From Candidatus Woesearchaeota archaeon (GTDB lineage Archaea > Nanobdellota > Nanobdellia > Pacearchaeales > GW2011-AR1): a stretch of DNA of 41,877 nucleotides. Position 1 is the first letter of the stretch; every line of letters starts with the position of its first letter. The notes below the pieces were generated by a model. The model made no database searches and had not been told where the DNA came from. It was given only the letters and a program-made list of their open reading frames with translations. Position numbers and translations under genes: made by a program. Positions 27,555 to 37,125 of the stretch are shown in pieces. The DNA is taken from contig CAYIIQ010000001.1 in the NCBI GenBank assembly GCA_964363545.1, positions 4,377 to 46,253 on the forward strand. The letters are read 5' to 3'.

Positions 27555-28268
27555 TCAACCCCCAACCACCCTCTTAATACTTCCAATCCTCTCTCTCGCG
27601 GCCAGCTCTCCCAACTTAATACACTCTCTAACTTTAGAATAATCCAACCACGACAATTTTCCTGTATCTGTATAAATACTAATTATCCTATTTTTCTTAT
27701 TTATAATATGTCTAGCATGTACAGTAGATGTGATAATAACATCAACTTCTTGCTCCATCATATCAACAGGCAAAGGATCAAAAACTCCACCATCAAAAAC
27801 CGCAGAAGACTGAAATTTCACAATTTTAAAGAAAAAAGGAACAGAAATACTTGCCATTATCGCAGGAACAAGTTTCCCACTATTAATAGCTCTTGTCTTA
27901 AATTCAAGATTTGGCATTAGCTCTGTTGTAACAACTTCTAAAGGAATTTTTAATTCTGAGAATTTCTTGTCTCCGAAAACATCATATAAAAATTGTTTAA
28001 TCTTAGTTATATTCACACTACCCAAAAAAGGAATTAAAGCTCCTTTATGACAAAATTTTTCCCAGTTTATAATTAATGCTCTATTTTCCATTTCTTTTGC
28101 AGACATGCCAGAAGCATAAGCAGCTGCAATAACTGCTCCAATGCTACAACCATTAATTCTATGAATAGGAATTTTATTTTTCTCAAGAACTTTTAAAACA
28201 CCAATGTGAACAAGTCCCCTTGAACCACCTGTACCTAAAACAACACCAACTTTTTTCTTAGTTTTCAT
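27555..28268 (-). CDS. patatin-like phospholipase
   Basis: It has the oxyanion loop GVVLGTGGSRG, the nucleophile elbow GCSIG (GxSxG) and the catalytic Asp motif FDGGVFDPLP. No signal peptide is present. Confidence 0.85.
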   Translation of the reverse strand: MKTKKKVGVVLGTGGSRGLVHIGVLKVLEKNKIPIHRINGCSIGAVIAAAYASGMSAKEMENRALIINWEKFCHKGALIPFLGSVNITKIKQFLYDVFGDKKFSELKIPLEVVTTELMPNLEFKTRAINSGKLVPAIMASISVPFFFKIVKFQSSAVFDGGVFDPLPVDMMEQEVDVIITSTVHARHIINKKNRIISIYTDTGKLSWLDYSKVRECIKLGELAARERIGSIKRVVGG

Positions 28269-28306
28269 ATATACTAACTAAAAAATTAGATATAAAAATC
28301 TAACTA

Positions 28307-29254
28307 TTAGCTCTTCCTCAATCTTACAACAAAAAACCCTTCAGATTCATTATCATGCGGATAAATCCTACAAGAATTTTCCACTTCACTTGAAAAACTC
28401 TTGCCTTCCCATTCTTTAACTCCTCCCCGGCATTTCAAAGGCAAATTAACTTTCTCAACTTTCAAACCAAATTTCTCAACTAAAAACGAAACAACTTCTT
28501 CATTTTCTTCAGGAGCATGAGTGCATGTAGAATATACAACCTCTCCTTCATCTTTTAACAGCGAAACTGCAGAAATCGCAAGTTTTTTTTGTAAATTGCT
28601 TAGTTTCTTTATCATTTTTTCATTCCACATCAAAAGAGTTTTTGGATTGCTTCTTATGTTGCCTTCTCCAGAACACGGCACATCTAACAAAATTTTATCA
28701 AACTTAAAATTTAATTTCTGAAATTTTTTACAAAGATTAACTCCATCCTCTCTCGTTATTATAACATTACTCACACCACACCTTCCTAAATTAGAAGCAA
28801 GTATCTTAATTCTGTCAAGTGAATTATCATTTGCAATTATAGTACCAGCATTTTCCATTAAAGCAGCTTCATATGTTGTTTTCGAGCCAGGTGCTGCACA
28901 CAAATCCAAAATAATCTCATTTGGCTTTGGAGATAATGCAAGAACTGACATCATACTCGAAACTTCTTGAATATAATAATATCCAAGCAAATGTTCTAAA
29001 CTTTTTCCAAGCTCTCCAGGTTCAAGTTCTGATTCAACTAACATAATTTCAGGATAGTCTTTAAATGGCTGTTTAATCTGCCAGCCTTTTTTCTCAAGAA
29101 TTTCTTTCAATTTTTCGTAAGAAATTTTAAGAGTGTTACATCTAATATAATTTAACGGATATTTACGAATGCTCGCCATAAAACTCTCAAAATCTTTCTC
29201 ATCTGTCAGGAGTTTTTTCATCCTTTCAACAAAAACGGGTTTTGGTTCATACAT
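28307..29254 (-). CDS. NOL1/NOP2/Sun-family RNA cytosine-C5 methyltransferase
   Basis: It has the SAM motif DLCAAPGSKTTY and the catalytic motifs LDVPCSGEG (motif IV PC) and VYSTCT (motif VI TC). Confidence 0.9.
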   Translation of the reverse strand: MYEPKPVFVERMKKLLTDEKDFESFMASIRKYPLNYIRCNTLKISYEKLKEILEKKGWQIKQPFKDYPEIMLVESELEPGELGKSLEHLLGYYYIQEVSSMMSVLALSPKPNEIILDLCAAPGSKTTYEAALMENAGTIIANDNSLDRIKILASNLGRCGVSNVIITREDGVNLCKKFQKLNFKFDKILLDVPCSGEGNIRSNPKTLLMWNEKMIKKLSNLQKKLAISAVSLLKDEGEVVYSTCTHAPEENEEVVSFLVEKFGLKVEKVNLPLKCRGGVKEWEGKSFSSEVENSCRIYPHDNESEGFFVVRLRKS

Positions 29255-29325
29255 AATAAGACAAAATTTATTGTATTTATAATTCTAAGCCTATAAATAT
29301 GTCACAACTTTGCAATATCAGCTGT

Positions 29326-32300
29326 CTATGCTACAGCCATTTCTTCAGTTTGTTCTACTGTCTCTGCTACAGCCACTTCTTCAGTTTGTTCTGCTGTTAC
29401 AACAGTCGACACAACTCCTGCTGTTACTCCCATAAATTTAGAAAGCAAAAACTCAACCCAAATTCTATACAAATCAAACTTCAAATACAAAGCTTCTGCT
29501 TTATTCCTGTTATCAAATCCAGCTCTTTCAACATACTCAAGCTGCCCCACAACATCATTAATTTCCTGCTCATTAAACTTTCTCACATCTTTCATTTCAA
29601 TAATCCTCTGTCTTAAAACTTCCAATTGAGCATCAGTTTGTTCAGGTGTTAAAATAACAACTCCTTCGATTTGATCTGAAATACCTTGAACATCTTGTAA
29701 GGTCTGATCAAGTATTTCTCTGTTCCTAATTGCTTGTTTTGCACTATCAACATCCAACCAACAACCAATTCCTTTATTTCTGTCGCAATAACCAACATTT
29801 TTCCATCTTGCAGGATCTGTCTTAGAGCCAGGATTATCACTTGAACACACTCTTATTACTCCTCTGTTATAAACTGCTGGAAATACAGCTTCTGAAACTC
29901 CTTCCTGAATATTTGGTTGCAAGACAGGAGTTAAACTCGGCTCTCCACTCACACACTCTTTTTCAGAATTAACTTGTTGAGAAAGTTGCTCTTGTAAATA
30001 AGCATCTTTAATATAGTTAAGAGCAAAATCAGTTGACACTTGTTTAAAACCACAATACTCTTTTGTATCTATTCTTACGCACAACTCTTTATAACCAGCA
30101 GGAGCTGTAAAGTCTCTTGTCCTATCAATTGAATTGCTTTTCCCAACAAATCCTGTTTCAACATAAATAAATGGCTGACTTATATAAAATCCTGATGTAG
30201 GTGGACTTTTCAAATAAACAGAATAATAATGTCCTATATCATTTCCTGCAAAAATATGATAATAAACTTTATATTGTGAAGTTGCCGGAACTGTTGCTTC
30301 TGAATATGGAATTTCATCAAACCATGCATAAAATTGAACAGGACTTTCTGGTTCAAGCAAAGCATCTAACATTTTTTTGTTATTTGGAAATTTTGTTCCA
30401 ATGAAAGCTTTACAAACTTCGCTCCCAATTTCTCCTGTAGTTCTTGCCTTGAATGCTTTAAATGCATTTAACCCATAATAATCAGTAAAGTATGAAGCTG
30501 ATTTCTGAGCATTGTTCCATGCATCTTGAACTGTCAAGTACTCCCCTCCTCCCCGAGTCCCTTGTCCATATCCAACTTCGAGAAGTTTTGGAATTGCAAT
30601 ATCCATCAAAGGAGCTGCCTGTCTCCAAAAAAACTCACATAAATAAATGCTGAAAATTTCATCACAAATTCCAACTGTTTGTCCTGTATCAAGACTTTCT
30701 TGCAGACAATCTCTAAAAGATTTTAAGATTGATAAATAAGCATCTAAACCAGCATGAATTCCAGTCAAACAAACAGGAACTACAATTCCTTCTCTTATAT
30801 TCGGCAAACAAAGCATGATACTTCCAATAACTCCTGTCTGCACAACATCATCAACTGGATAAGCTCCTCCTAAATTGCATCGACTTGGCGGACATAAAAC
30901 AGGATCACAAACATTAAACAACAAATGACAGTCTTCAGGTGACATGAAATCTTGACATGAAGTTCCTTCTGATGTTCCTCCTGGCCTTCCAACTTTAACA
31001 TTTCCGACTCCACTTAGTGTTACTGTCTTCTTTCCATACTGTAATGATGCTTCTCTTATAACAGCAACCCCTCTCGCAACTAAATTTCTTGCCTCTGCCT
31101 CGCTTAAACATGGAATCTGATCAAGTGCTTGTCCTGTATTAAGATTAACTTGTATACAAGGTTGATCATTTCCAACACTTGAATCAAACTCTTCTAATCC
31201 ATTTTGTCCAACATTGCAAAGCCAGAAACTTGAAAGCTGGCCAGCTTCGGTATAAGGAGTCTGACCAAAAACAGGCGAGATAATTGGCTTTGTTGCAACA
31301 TACCAACCATTTCTTAAATCAACAGGCACAATTGCTGGCAAACCTTTATACTGAGTTGTCTCAAAATATCTTACTTCAGGCTTCTGATACTGGTTCTGAC
31401 ATAATTCAGGCGTCCATTTCTCAAAATAAGAAACTCCTGCTTTTCCTAGATAATCTGTCACTGCCGCGCTTTCCTTTTGATCCAATTGTCTCATAATTTT
31501 TCCATCCTCGCCAATAAAATAATAAGTTTTAGGATTATAAACTCCTGTATCTTTTTTCTCAAGCTGAGTTAAAATTCTTTTTCCTGCGATCAAATTATAA
31601 TTTTGATTTTGAGATACAAATCCTGCAGCAACTGGAGCAGAAATCGCAGGTACACTTAATGCAAGAACTTCCGCACCTTCATTAATACCTCCACCCAAAT
31701 AACCTGCCTGACCAGAAGTCAAAGTTCTTATATCTGCTCTTTTCGGAGCAAGACCTTTTTCAGTCGGAGATATAACTTGAATTCCATCTCCAAAAACTTT
31801 AGCAAATGTAGCTTCAGTTTCTGCTTCTTGTCTTTCAACTCTAATTGGTGCAAGAACACTGCTAAGCTTATTTCCAGCAATTTCAAAGTTTGCATTCTCT
31901 GGTGAGTACATTCTTCCATATGTTACAATATCTTTCATATCCTGCCACGACAATCTTCCTTGCTCATACATTGTCTTTATTGTGTCTTCATTTGCAAAAA
32001 CATCACTTAACTTTACAGTTGAACCATCAGGCATTTTAACTTCTTTGTTGTTATTCTCTCGATAATAATTCAAGAAAACACTTTCCATATAATCTTTTCC
32101 AGCTGCTTTATTATCAACATGCTGTCCGAAAATTCCCTCTGATTGTGTGTGTTTCTGGCTAACTGACTGAATCTCCTGATTTGTTTTTTGTATCTGTCTT
32201 TCCATCTCACTTACAGCTGATCCAATATTCTCCTTCTCGCCAAAGAAACATGCATCTAAAGTCGGATATTTTCCCTCAGCAACCATCTTCTGACATTTTT

Positions 32301-35019
32301 CATTCCATCCTCCTTGCCCTCTCATTACAGCCTGTCTAGCCATACTTTTTCCTCCCAAATTCTCAAAAAAATTCTTTGCAAAAAGTAGAGCAGAAGTTCC
32401 AAAACAAACACCTTTCCAAGTCTTGACAACATTTCCAAGCTTGTCAACAATATCCTGCCAATTCTCTATTGTTTTATTTAATTTCAAAATCAACTCTTGA
32501 GTTTTTTCAGGACTAAGCTGTATAGCTCTTTTTTCTATTCCAACTTTAAAGCTGAAATTAGCCTCTGTAAACTCATAAGGAATTTCAGGCAAAACTGTTA
32601 CAACAGCCTCTCTTTTCAAATTAATCTCTTTTATTCTTAAACTAAATCTTCCAAAAAGTCCGAATTCTGAAACTCCTAAAAATCTGTCATCTGTTCTCCA
32701 TACACCATTAACATCTTTATAAGTGTGTGAAATTAACGCAGAATCTTCCCTAAAATCTTTCAAAATTAAAATTTCTCGTCGATAATCAACTCCGAGTCCC
32801 TGATTTTCCCTGTACCTTATTAACTCGTTTTTTAGTTTTGTTTTCCATTCATCTAATTCAGATTCTACAGAAGTCCAAGCTGTTTTACTATACCATTCTA
32901 AAACACCACTCTTTAAACCATAGTCACCAACACTATTTGAAAGATTAACTACTAATCTTCCTTCACCATCACTATAAATTTTATCCAAATAATCTTTAAT
33001 TATATCATACTCCTCAACTTTCTCTGAAATAATCTCCTCTCCTTTCTTAACTCTTTTCTCTCCAACTCCATCAATTAAAAAATTTACAGATGCTTCCTCA
33101 TATCCCGGATCTTTAATATCAAGAATTTTGAAAAAATGGCTTTCAATTCCATCGTCAAAAAATCCTGTTGTATTTTCATAATTGTATCTTTCCAAGTTCA
33201 TCAATTCTGCTCTTGCACTTGCAGCATAGCTTGATTCAGGATACTCTTGTATCATTTTATTTAACAAATCTTTTTGTGTTGCTTTTTTATTCAGCTTTCC
33301 AGCAAGATCTGCAGCTTCAAACAATGCAACTTCTCCATAACTTTCTGTTGGACTTTTCTTCTCGCTTCCATACAAAGCAACAAGATCTCTCGAAGTTGTC
33401 ATAGCTTTTTCAAAAGCTGTTTCAAGTTCTGGGTCATATTTTTTATCAAAGGCTCCACCTGTCTCAACAAATTTATAACTCACTTTCTCATCTCCAACAA
33501 ACAAAACTTCAATATCTACCTTATCTTTCTTAAAATTCCTATTTGCAACATTCTTCACTTCGTCAATAAATCTTTCTTTAGTATTAATTTGAGAAGAAAA
33601 ATAATTAATTCTCAAAATTAAATCTTTTATGCCTGCTCTAAAAATTTCAATATAACTTTTTTTAACAACTTTATTATGTTCTAAATAATCTTCTCCAAGA
33701 TCTTTAACCAATACAACAAATCTTCTCTCTTGCAAGCCACTAATTCTCTCCGGAGCAAGTCCTGAATAAACAATATGCCACTCTAAGCTATCTAATTTAT
33801 CTCCAATAACTCTATCAACATTCAAGTTGTCTTTTTCAAAACTCATAACATCAGAAACTCCGAGTCTCAACATAATCTGTCTACCTCTACAACTCAATCT
33901 AACTTCTCCTCCTTCTTCCAAACTCTCAATACTATAAACATAACAATCTCTTTCAACAATTGTAGGATCTTGGCTAAAGCCAAAGTACTCTCCTTTTCTC
34001 AACCACAACTCATTACCATCAACTTCAAGTCTAACTTTTCTTTCTGGTGCAGAAATATCATCAAGTCTCAACTTAACTCCAGCTCGACAATAAAATCCTG
34101 GCATGTTGATTAACCCTGAAGTTTCTCCTCTCAACAATCTTATTTCAGTCAAAACATGATCCTGATCTGTATAAACTCTTAAATTAGCTGTATCTCTATC
34201 AATCCCATCCAATCTCACATACCCTTTACCTTTCCAAAATCCATAATTAATATATTCTTCCTGCCAATCTTGATCAGACATTTGAGGCAAAATTAAAATA
34301 GGCTTGCCAGTTCCAAAAGCATTTCTTATATCATAGGTTAAAACAGCTGTTAAATTTCCTTCAACAAAATCAGGCATTTCCTTTTCAGAGGGCTGTCTTT
34401 TCAACACAACTACAACATAACCTATATCATTCACAAGAGGCGTGTCAAGTCTTGCTCTATACATTCTTAAAGCTGCAAGTGAAGGATGAAAGCTTATTCC
34501 TGCAATCTTGCTTGTATCATAATTTCCTTTAAATCTTACTCCTCTAATCTCAGCAACATCTATCAGCGGATTTAACTTAACTCCATCCAGCTTACAAAAA
34601 ATAGGAACATTCTGCTCTTCAAGTAAGTCAGATCTAACAACAGCTGGCATACATGAACCTGGCCGAATTTCAACAATAAAATCCTGTCCTGCCTCGCATT
34701 TTTCAGGATCTGTAAGTACAGGCCAGAAAGTTGTATAGTCAATTCCTTCCCTTGCATAATATGTCCTAACATTCGGCTGATAAAACTGAGAGTAAGTTAC
34801 TGTTGGTTGCATAAAAGTCTGAGACTGATACGGAATATTAGGTTGTTGTGAAGAATAACTACTCTGATAAGTTGGATAACTCTGTCCAGAAACAAACGAA
34901 ATTAGCAAAACAGCTAAAAAAATTCCCAAAACTAACAAAAATCCAAAGTTGTTAATTTTTAAATTGCTTTCTGTACTTTTCAATATCTTGCTTTTTTTTC
35001 TGTTTTTTCTTTTTCCCAT
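29326..35019 (-). CDS. giant (1897 aa) cysteine-rich exported/anchored hypothetical protein
   Basis: The N-terminus is basic (MGKRKNRKKSK) with a single TM (FGFLLVLGIFLAVLLISFV). Cysteines are many and clustered in the C-terminal half (SCQDFMSPEDCHLLFNVCDPVLCPPSRC). The tail is an acidic repeat EQTEEVAVAETVEQTEEMAVA. I recognise no domain. Confidence 0.8.
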   Translation of the reverse strand: MGKRKNRKKSKILKSTESNLKINNFGFLLVLGIFLAVLLISFVSGQSYPTYQSSYSSQQPNIPYQSQTFMQPTVTYSQFYQPNVRTYYAREGIDYTTFWPVLTDPEKCEAGQDFIVEIRPGSCMPAVVRSDLLEEQNVPIFCKLDGVKLNPLIDVAEIRGVRFKGNYDTSKIAGISFHPSLAALRMYRARLDTPLVNDIGYVVVVLKRQPSEKEMPDFVEGNLTAVLTYDIRNAFGTGKPILILPQMSDQDWQEEYINYGFWKGKGYVRLDGIDRDTANLRVYTDQDHVLTEIRLLRGETSGLINMPGFYCRAGVKLRLDDISAPERKVRLEVDGNELWLRKGEYFGFSQDPTIVERDCYVYSIESLEEGGEVRLSCRGRQIMLRLGVSDVMSFEKDNLNVDRVIGDKLDSLEWHIVYSGLAPERISGLQERRFVVLVKDLGEDYLEHNKVVKKSYIEIFRAGIKDLILRINYFSSQINTKERFIDEVKNVANRNFKKDKVDIEVLFVGDEKVSYKFVETGGAFDKKYDPELETAFEKAMTTSRDLVALYGSEKKSPTESYGEVALFEAADLAGKLNKKATQKDLLNKMIQEYPESSYAASARAELMNLERYNYENTTGFFDDGIESHFFKILDIKDPGYEEASVNFLIDGVGEKRVKKGEEIISEKVEEYDIIKDYLDKIYSDGEGRLVVNLSNSVGDYGLKSGVLEWYSKTAWTSVESELDEWKTKLKNELIRYRENQGLGVDYRREILILKDFREDSALISHTYKDVNGVWRTDDRFLGVSEFGLFGRFSLRIKEINLKREAVVTVLPEIPYEFTEANFSFKVGIEKRAIQLSPEKTQELILKLNKTIENWQDIVDKLGNVVKTWKGVCFGTSALLFAKNFFENLGGKSMARQAVMRGQGGWNEKCQKMVAEGKYPTLDACFFGEKENIGSAVSEMERQIQKTNQEIQSVSQKHTQSEGIFGQHVDNKAAGKDYMESVFLNYYRENNNKEVKMPDGSTVKLSDVFANEDTIKTMYEQGRLSWQDMKDIVTYGRMYSPENANFEIAGNKLSSVLAPIRVERQEAETEATFAKVFGDGIQVISPTEKGLAPKRADIRTLTSGQAGYLGGGINEGAEVLALSVPAISAPVAAGFVSQNQNYNLIAGKRILTQLEKKDTGVYNPKTYYFIGEDGKIMRQLDQKESAAVTDYLGKAGVSYFEKWTPELCQNQYQKPEVRYFETTQYKGLPAIVPVDLRNGWYVATKPIISPVFGQTPYTEAGQLSSFWLCNVGQNGLEEFDSSVGNDQPCIQVNLNTGQALDQIPCLSEAEARNLVARGVAVIREASLQYGKKTVTLSGVGNVKVGRPGGTSEGTSCQDFMSPEDCHLLFNVCDPVLCPPSRCNLGGAYPVDDVVQTGVIGSIMLCLPNIREGIVVPVCLTGIHAGLDAYLSILKSFRDCLQESLDTGQTVGICDEIFSIYLCEFFWRQAAPLMDIAIPKLLEVGYGQGTRGGGEYLTVQDAWNNAQKSASYFTDYYGLNAFKAFKARTTGEIGSEVCKAFIGTKFPNNKKMLDALLEPESPVQFYAWFDEIPYSEATVPATSQYKVYYHIFAGNDIGHYYSVYLKSPPTSGFYISQPFIYVETGFVGKSNSIDRTRDFTAPAGYKELCVRIDTKEYCGFKQVSTDFALNYIKDAYLQEQLSQQVNSEKECVSGEPSLTPVLQPNIQEGVSEAVFPAVYNRGVIRVCSSDNPGSKTDPARWKNVGYCDRNKGIGCWLDVDSAKQAIRNREILDQTLQDVQGISDQIEGVVILTPEQTDAQLEVLRQRIIEMKDVRKFNEQEINDVVGQLEYVERAGFDNRNKAEALYLKFDLYRIWVEFLLSKFMGVTAGVVSTVVTAEQTEEVAVAETVEQTEEMAVA
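29329..29401 (-). repeat. two tandem 36-nt units at the 3' end of the giant gene
   Basis: On the + strand, gctacagccaTttcttcagtttgttctActgt (from 29330) matches gctacagccaCttcttcagtttgttctGctgt (from 29366). The units encode (A/V)EQTEE(V/M)AVA. Confidence 0.85.
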
Positions 35020-35047
35020 TTTTTATTTTGTTTATTTTTGTTCTTTA

Positions 35048-36907
35048 TTATTTTCCAAACTCTAAATAAACAAACCTTAATTCTAACAAATTATAATTGT
35101 TCTGAACATCTTCGATTGTTCGAGGCAGCGGCAACTCTGAAGCCAAAACATCCATAACTTTTGACTCTTTTAATTCAGATTCTGAAATATACCACGAATT
35201 CTTGCCACCTCCTTTAATCACGCTTGTTAATTCTTGAGCTGGAAGTACAAAATCAAAACACTCTTCTCTTTCTTGCCCCAACAATCCTGATAATCCAGGC
35301 TTAGGAACATCAACACATTTATGGATCATGCTCCCTTGTACCTTAATACTCGAATTCCCATAAACATAAACTGTTACATTGTACTGTCCTTCAGTTAGTG
35401 TTATATTTTTCTGTTCAGGCCATAAAACAGTTGTATCTGTATCATCTGATTTAAAATAAATTAAAGCCATGTCTCTTGCCTCTTTTCCGCCAACCATTAG
35501 TTTAAGAGGTAAAGTGTAAAGTTTGTCAAGTACAATTTCTGCACTTGCTTCTTCATTAGTTGAAATCTGGTGTTTTTTCTCTTCAAACCCTTCTGCTTTT
35601 GCAACAACAAATCCATTAACACATTGTGGGAAATTTGCAAGAAGACTTGCTTCGTTATCTTGTATAGCTGTTCTTCCTATATTGCATCTCTGGTTAAAAC
35701 ATTTAAAGTCTATATCGGCTTCAACAGGATTCAACTCACTATCAACAGTTCTGACAAAGATTTCAGCATTATTATATTTGCAAATTTCAGGCTCAACATC
35801 GTTAAGAGAAGTTGAAGGTAAAGCATTTCTTTTTTGATTTGCCTCAACTATAACAACTATTGGAAACTGAAAAATTTCCTTGTCGTCATAAATCTGAACT
35901 AAAACAGGATAGACAACATCATAAACAAAATGATAAGGTACATAACAAAAGCCAAGAATACCAAGACCTTCTTGCAATCCAACTGGCTCTGCAACTAATA
36001 TGCCGTTTTCAAGAGGCTCGACAGAAATTTTTGTTGGCCAGTTTCTCGAATACAAAAATCTAACTGCTTCATCACTTTCAACATCTGCAACAAAATAATC
36101 AAGATAATCTTTTTTAATCTCGTAATAATCTCCCTTTGTTTTAACCATTATCATATTATTTTCCAAAGCCTCTCGTAAATCTGCAGCCACTTTTTCATAA
36201 AGCCAAACTTGAGGTGAACAGGTCAATTCAACTCCAGAAACAGGTGCATACAAATACAAAACATCAATTGCATAATCTTCAAGGAAGGCAGATTCTTTTT
36301 CTTTGTTATAAATTTTCACAGCCTCTTCATAAAACTTTCCTAACTTGCTCTTAACTACAGTTTCATGATTTCTAATATTAAAACTTTCATCTTCAAACTC
36401 TGCTCTTAATTCCGCACTAACATCAACTTTCACTTCACTATCAGAAATTTCAACATCAATCTCTGGTTTAGATAAATTAATTGCAAATCCTTGACTTGAA
36501 AAACTTGAAAAATCACATTTTAAGTTTTCATCTAAATATTTTTCAAGTTGTTGTTCCATGTCTTGTTTTGTTGGCACTTGTTCTTTAACAATATCTTTTC
36601 CAGAAGCATAATACCAAAATGGAATTCCAGTTCCAAAAAAATCAAGCTGATTCGAAGTTGGCGAGTAGTCATTTCCTGGCTCAAAATTAGACCAGTATAT
36701 GTAACCACTATTTTCTCCAAGAAGGCTGATTCCTGTTTCTGTATAGCTTTTCACACAGTCAAGATAAAAGTTTTCAACAGGCCTGAAAATCGGAGGAATA
36801 TTAAAAAGCTCTATTTCTGATCTAAAATAAAAAAATAAAGCAATTCCTGCAACAATAACTATTGCCAGAATTATAAATATCGTAACCTGTCCTCTTTTAC
36901 TTTCCAT
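35048..36907 (-). CDS. 619-aa exported protein with class III (type IV pilin-like) signal peptide
   Basis: The N-terminus is MESKRGQVTIFIILAIVIVAGIALFFYF: a basic stretch, G, Q, then a ~20-residue hydrophobic helix. The rest is a soluble, acidic, Cys-containing ectodomain. The gene ends 28 nt upstream of the giant gene. Confidence 0.75.
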   Translation of the reverse strand: MESKRGQVTIFIILAIVIVAGIALFFYFRSEIELFNIPPIFRPVENFYLDCVKSYTETGISLLGENSGYIYWSNFEPGNDYSPTSNQLDFFGTGIPFWYYASGKDIVKEQVPTKQDMEQQLEKYLDENLKCDFSSFSSQGFAINLSKPEIDVEISDSEVKVDVSAELRAEFEDESFNIRNHETVVKSKLGKFYEEAVKIYNKEKESAFLEDYAIDVLYLYAPVSGVELTCSPQVWLYEKVAADLREALENNMIMVKTKGDYYEIKKDYLDYFVADVESDEAVRFLYSRNWPTKISVEPLENGILVAEPVGLQEGLGILGFCYVPYHFVYDVVYPVLVQIYDDKEIFQFPIVVIVEANQKRNALPSTSLNDVEPEICKYNNAEIFVRTVDSELNPVEADIDFKCFNQRCNIGRTAIQDNEASLLANFPQCVNGFVVAKAEGFEEKKHQISTNEEASAEIVLDKLYTLPLKLMVGGKEARDMALIYFKSDDTDTTVLWPEQKNITLTEGQYNVTVYVYGNSSIKVQGSMIHKCVDVPKPGLSGLLGQEREECFDFVLPAQELTSVIKGGGKNSWYISESELKESKVMDVLASELPLPRTIEDVQNNYNLLELRFVYLEFGK

Positions 36908-36928
36908 CTCATTAAAAGATAAAAAGCG

Positions 36929-36947
36929 TATATAAATTTATCTTACA
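36929..36947 (-). promoter_or_regulatory. BRE/TATA-like promoter of the 619-aa gene (minus-strand reading TGTAAGATAAATTTATATA)
   Basis: The TATA part ends 21 nt upstream of the ATG at 36907. The 19-mer is identical to the one upstream of tRNA-Val (37238-37256). Confidence 0.5.
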
Positions 36948-36962
36948 AGTCGTATAAACTAT

Positions 36963-37058
36963 TCATCTCAACAAAAAATACAAAATTATTCCAGCCACAA
37001 TTAATAATGCAATGAGTATAATTAGTGTAAGCTGAGATTTTTTAGTTTTGTTTAACAT
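36963..37058 (-). CDS. 31-aa micro-protein resembling a stand-alone class III signal/TM segment (not in ORF track)
   Basis: ATG at 37058 and TGA at 36965-36963. The translation MLNKTKKSQLTLIILIALLIVAGIILYFLLR aligns residue by residue with the N-terminus of the downstream protein, KRGQVTIFIILAIVIVAGIALFFYFR. Confidence 0.4.
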   Translation of the reverse strand: MLNKTKKSQLTLIILIALLIVAGIILYFLLR

Positions 37059-37079
37059 TTTTTAAAATAGGCCTGCGAG

Positions 37080-37097
37080 TAAGAACCAAGGTTCTTA
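37080..37097 (-). terminator. perfect 8-bp hairpin (TAAGAACC-AA-GGTTCTTA) downstream of tRNA-Val, followed by a T-rich run
   Basis: The inverted repeat is read directly. On the minus strand it is followed by CTCGCAGGCCTATTTT. A function as a tRNA terminator or processing signal is inferred. Confidence 0.3.
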
Positions 37098-37125
37098 TCA
37101 ACTCCTATAAATTATTCAATTCCTA

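Noticed and set aside
29299-29616. 105-aa plus-strand ORF with repeated CLCYSHFFSLF
   Set aside because: It is the antisense shadow of the 36-nt tandem repeat at the 3' end of the giant minus-strand gene. There is no independent support.
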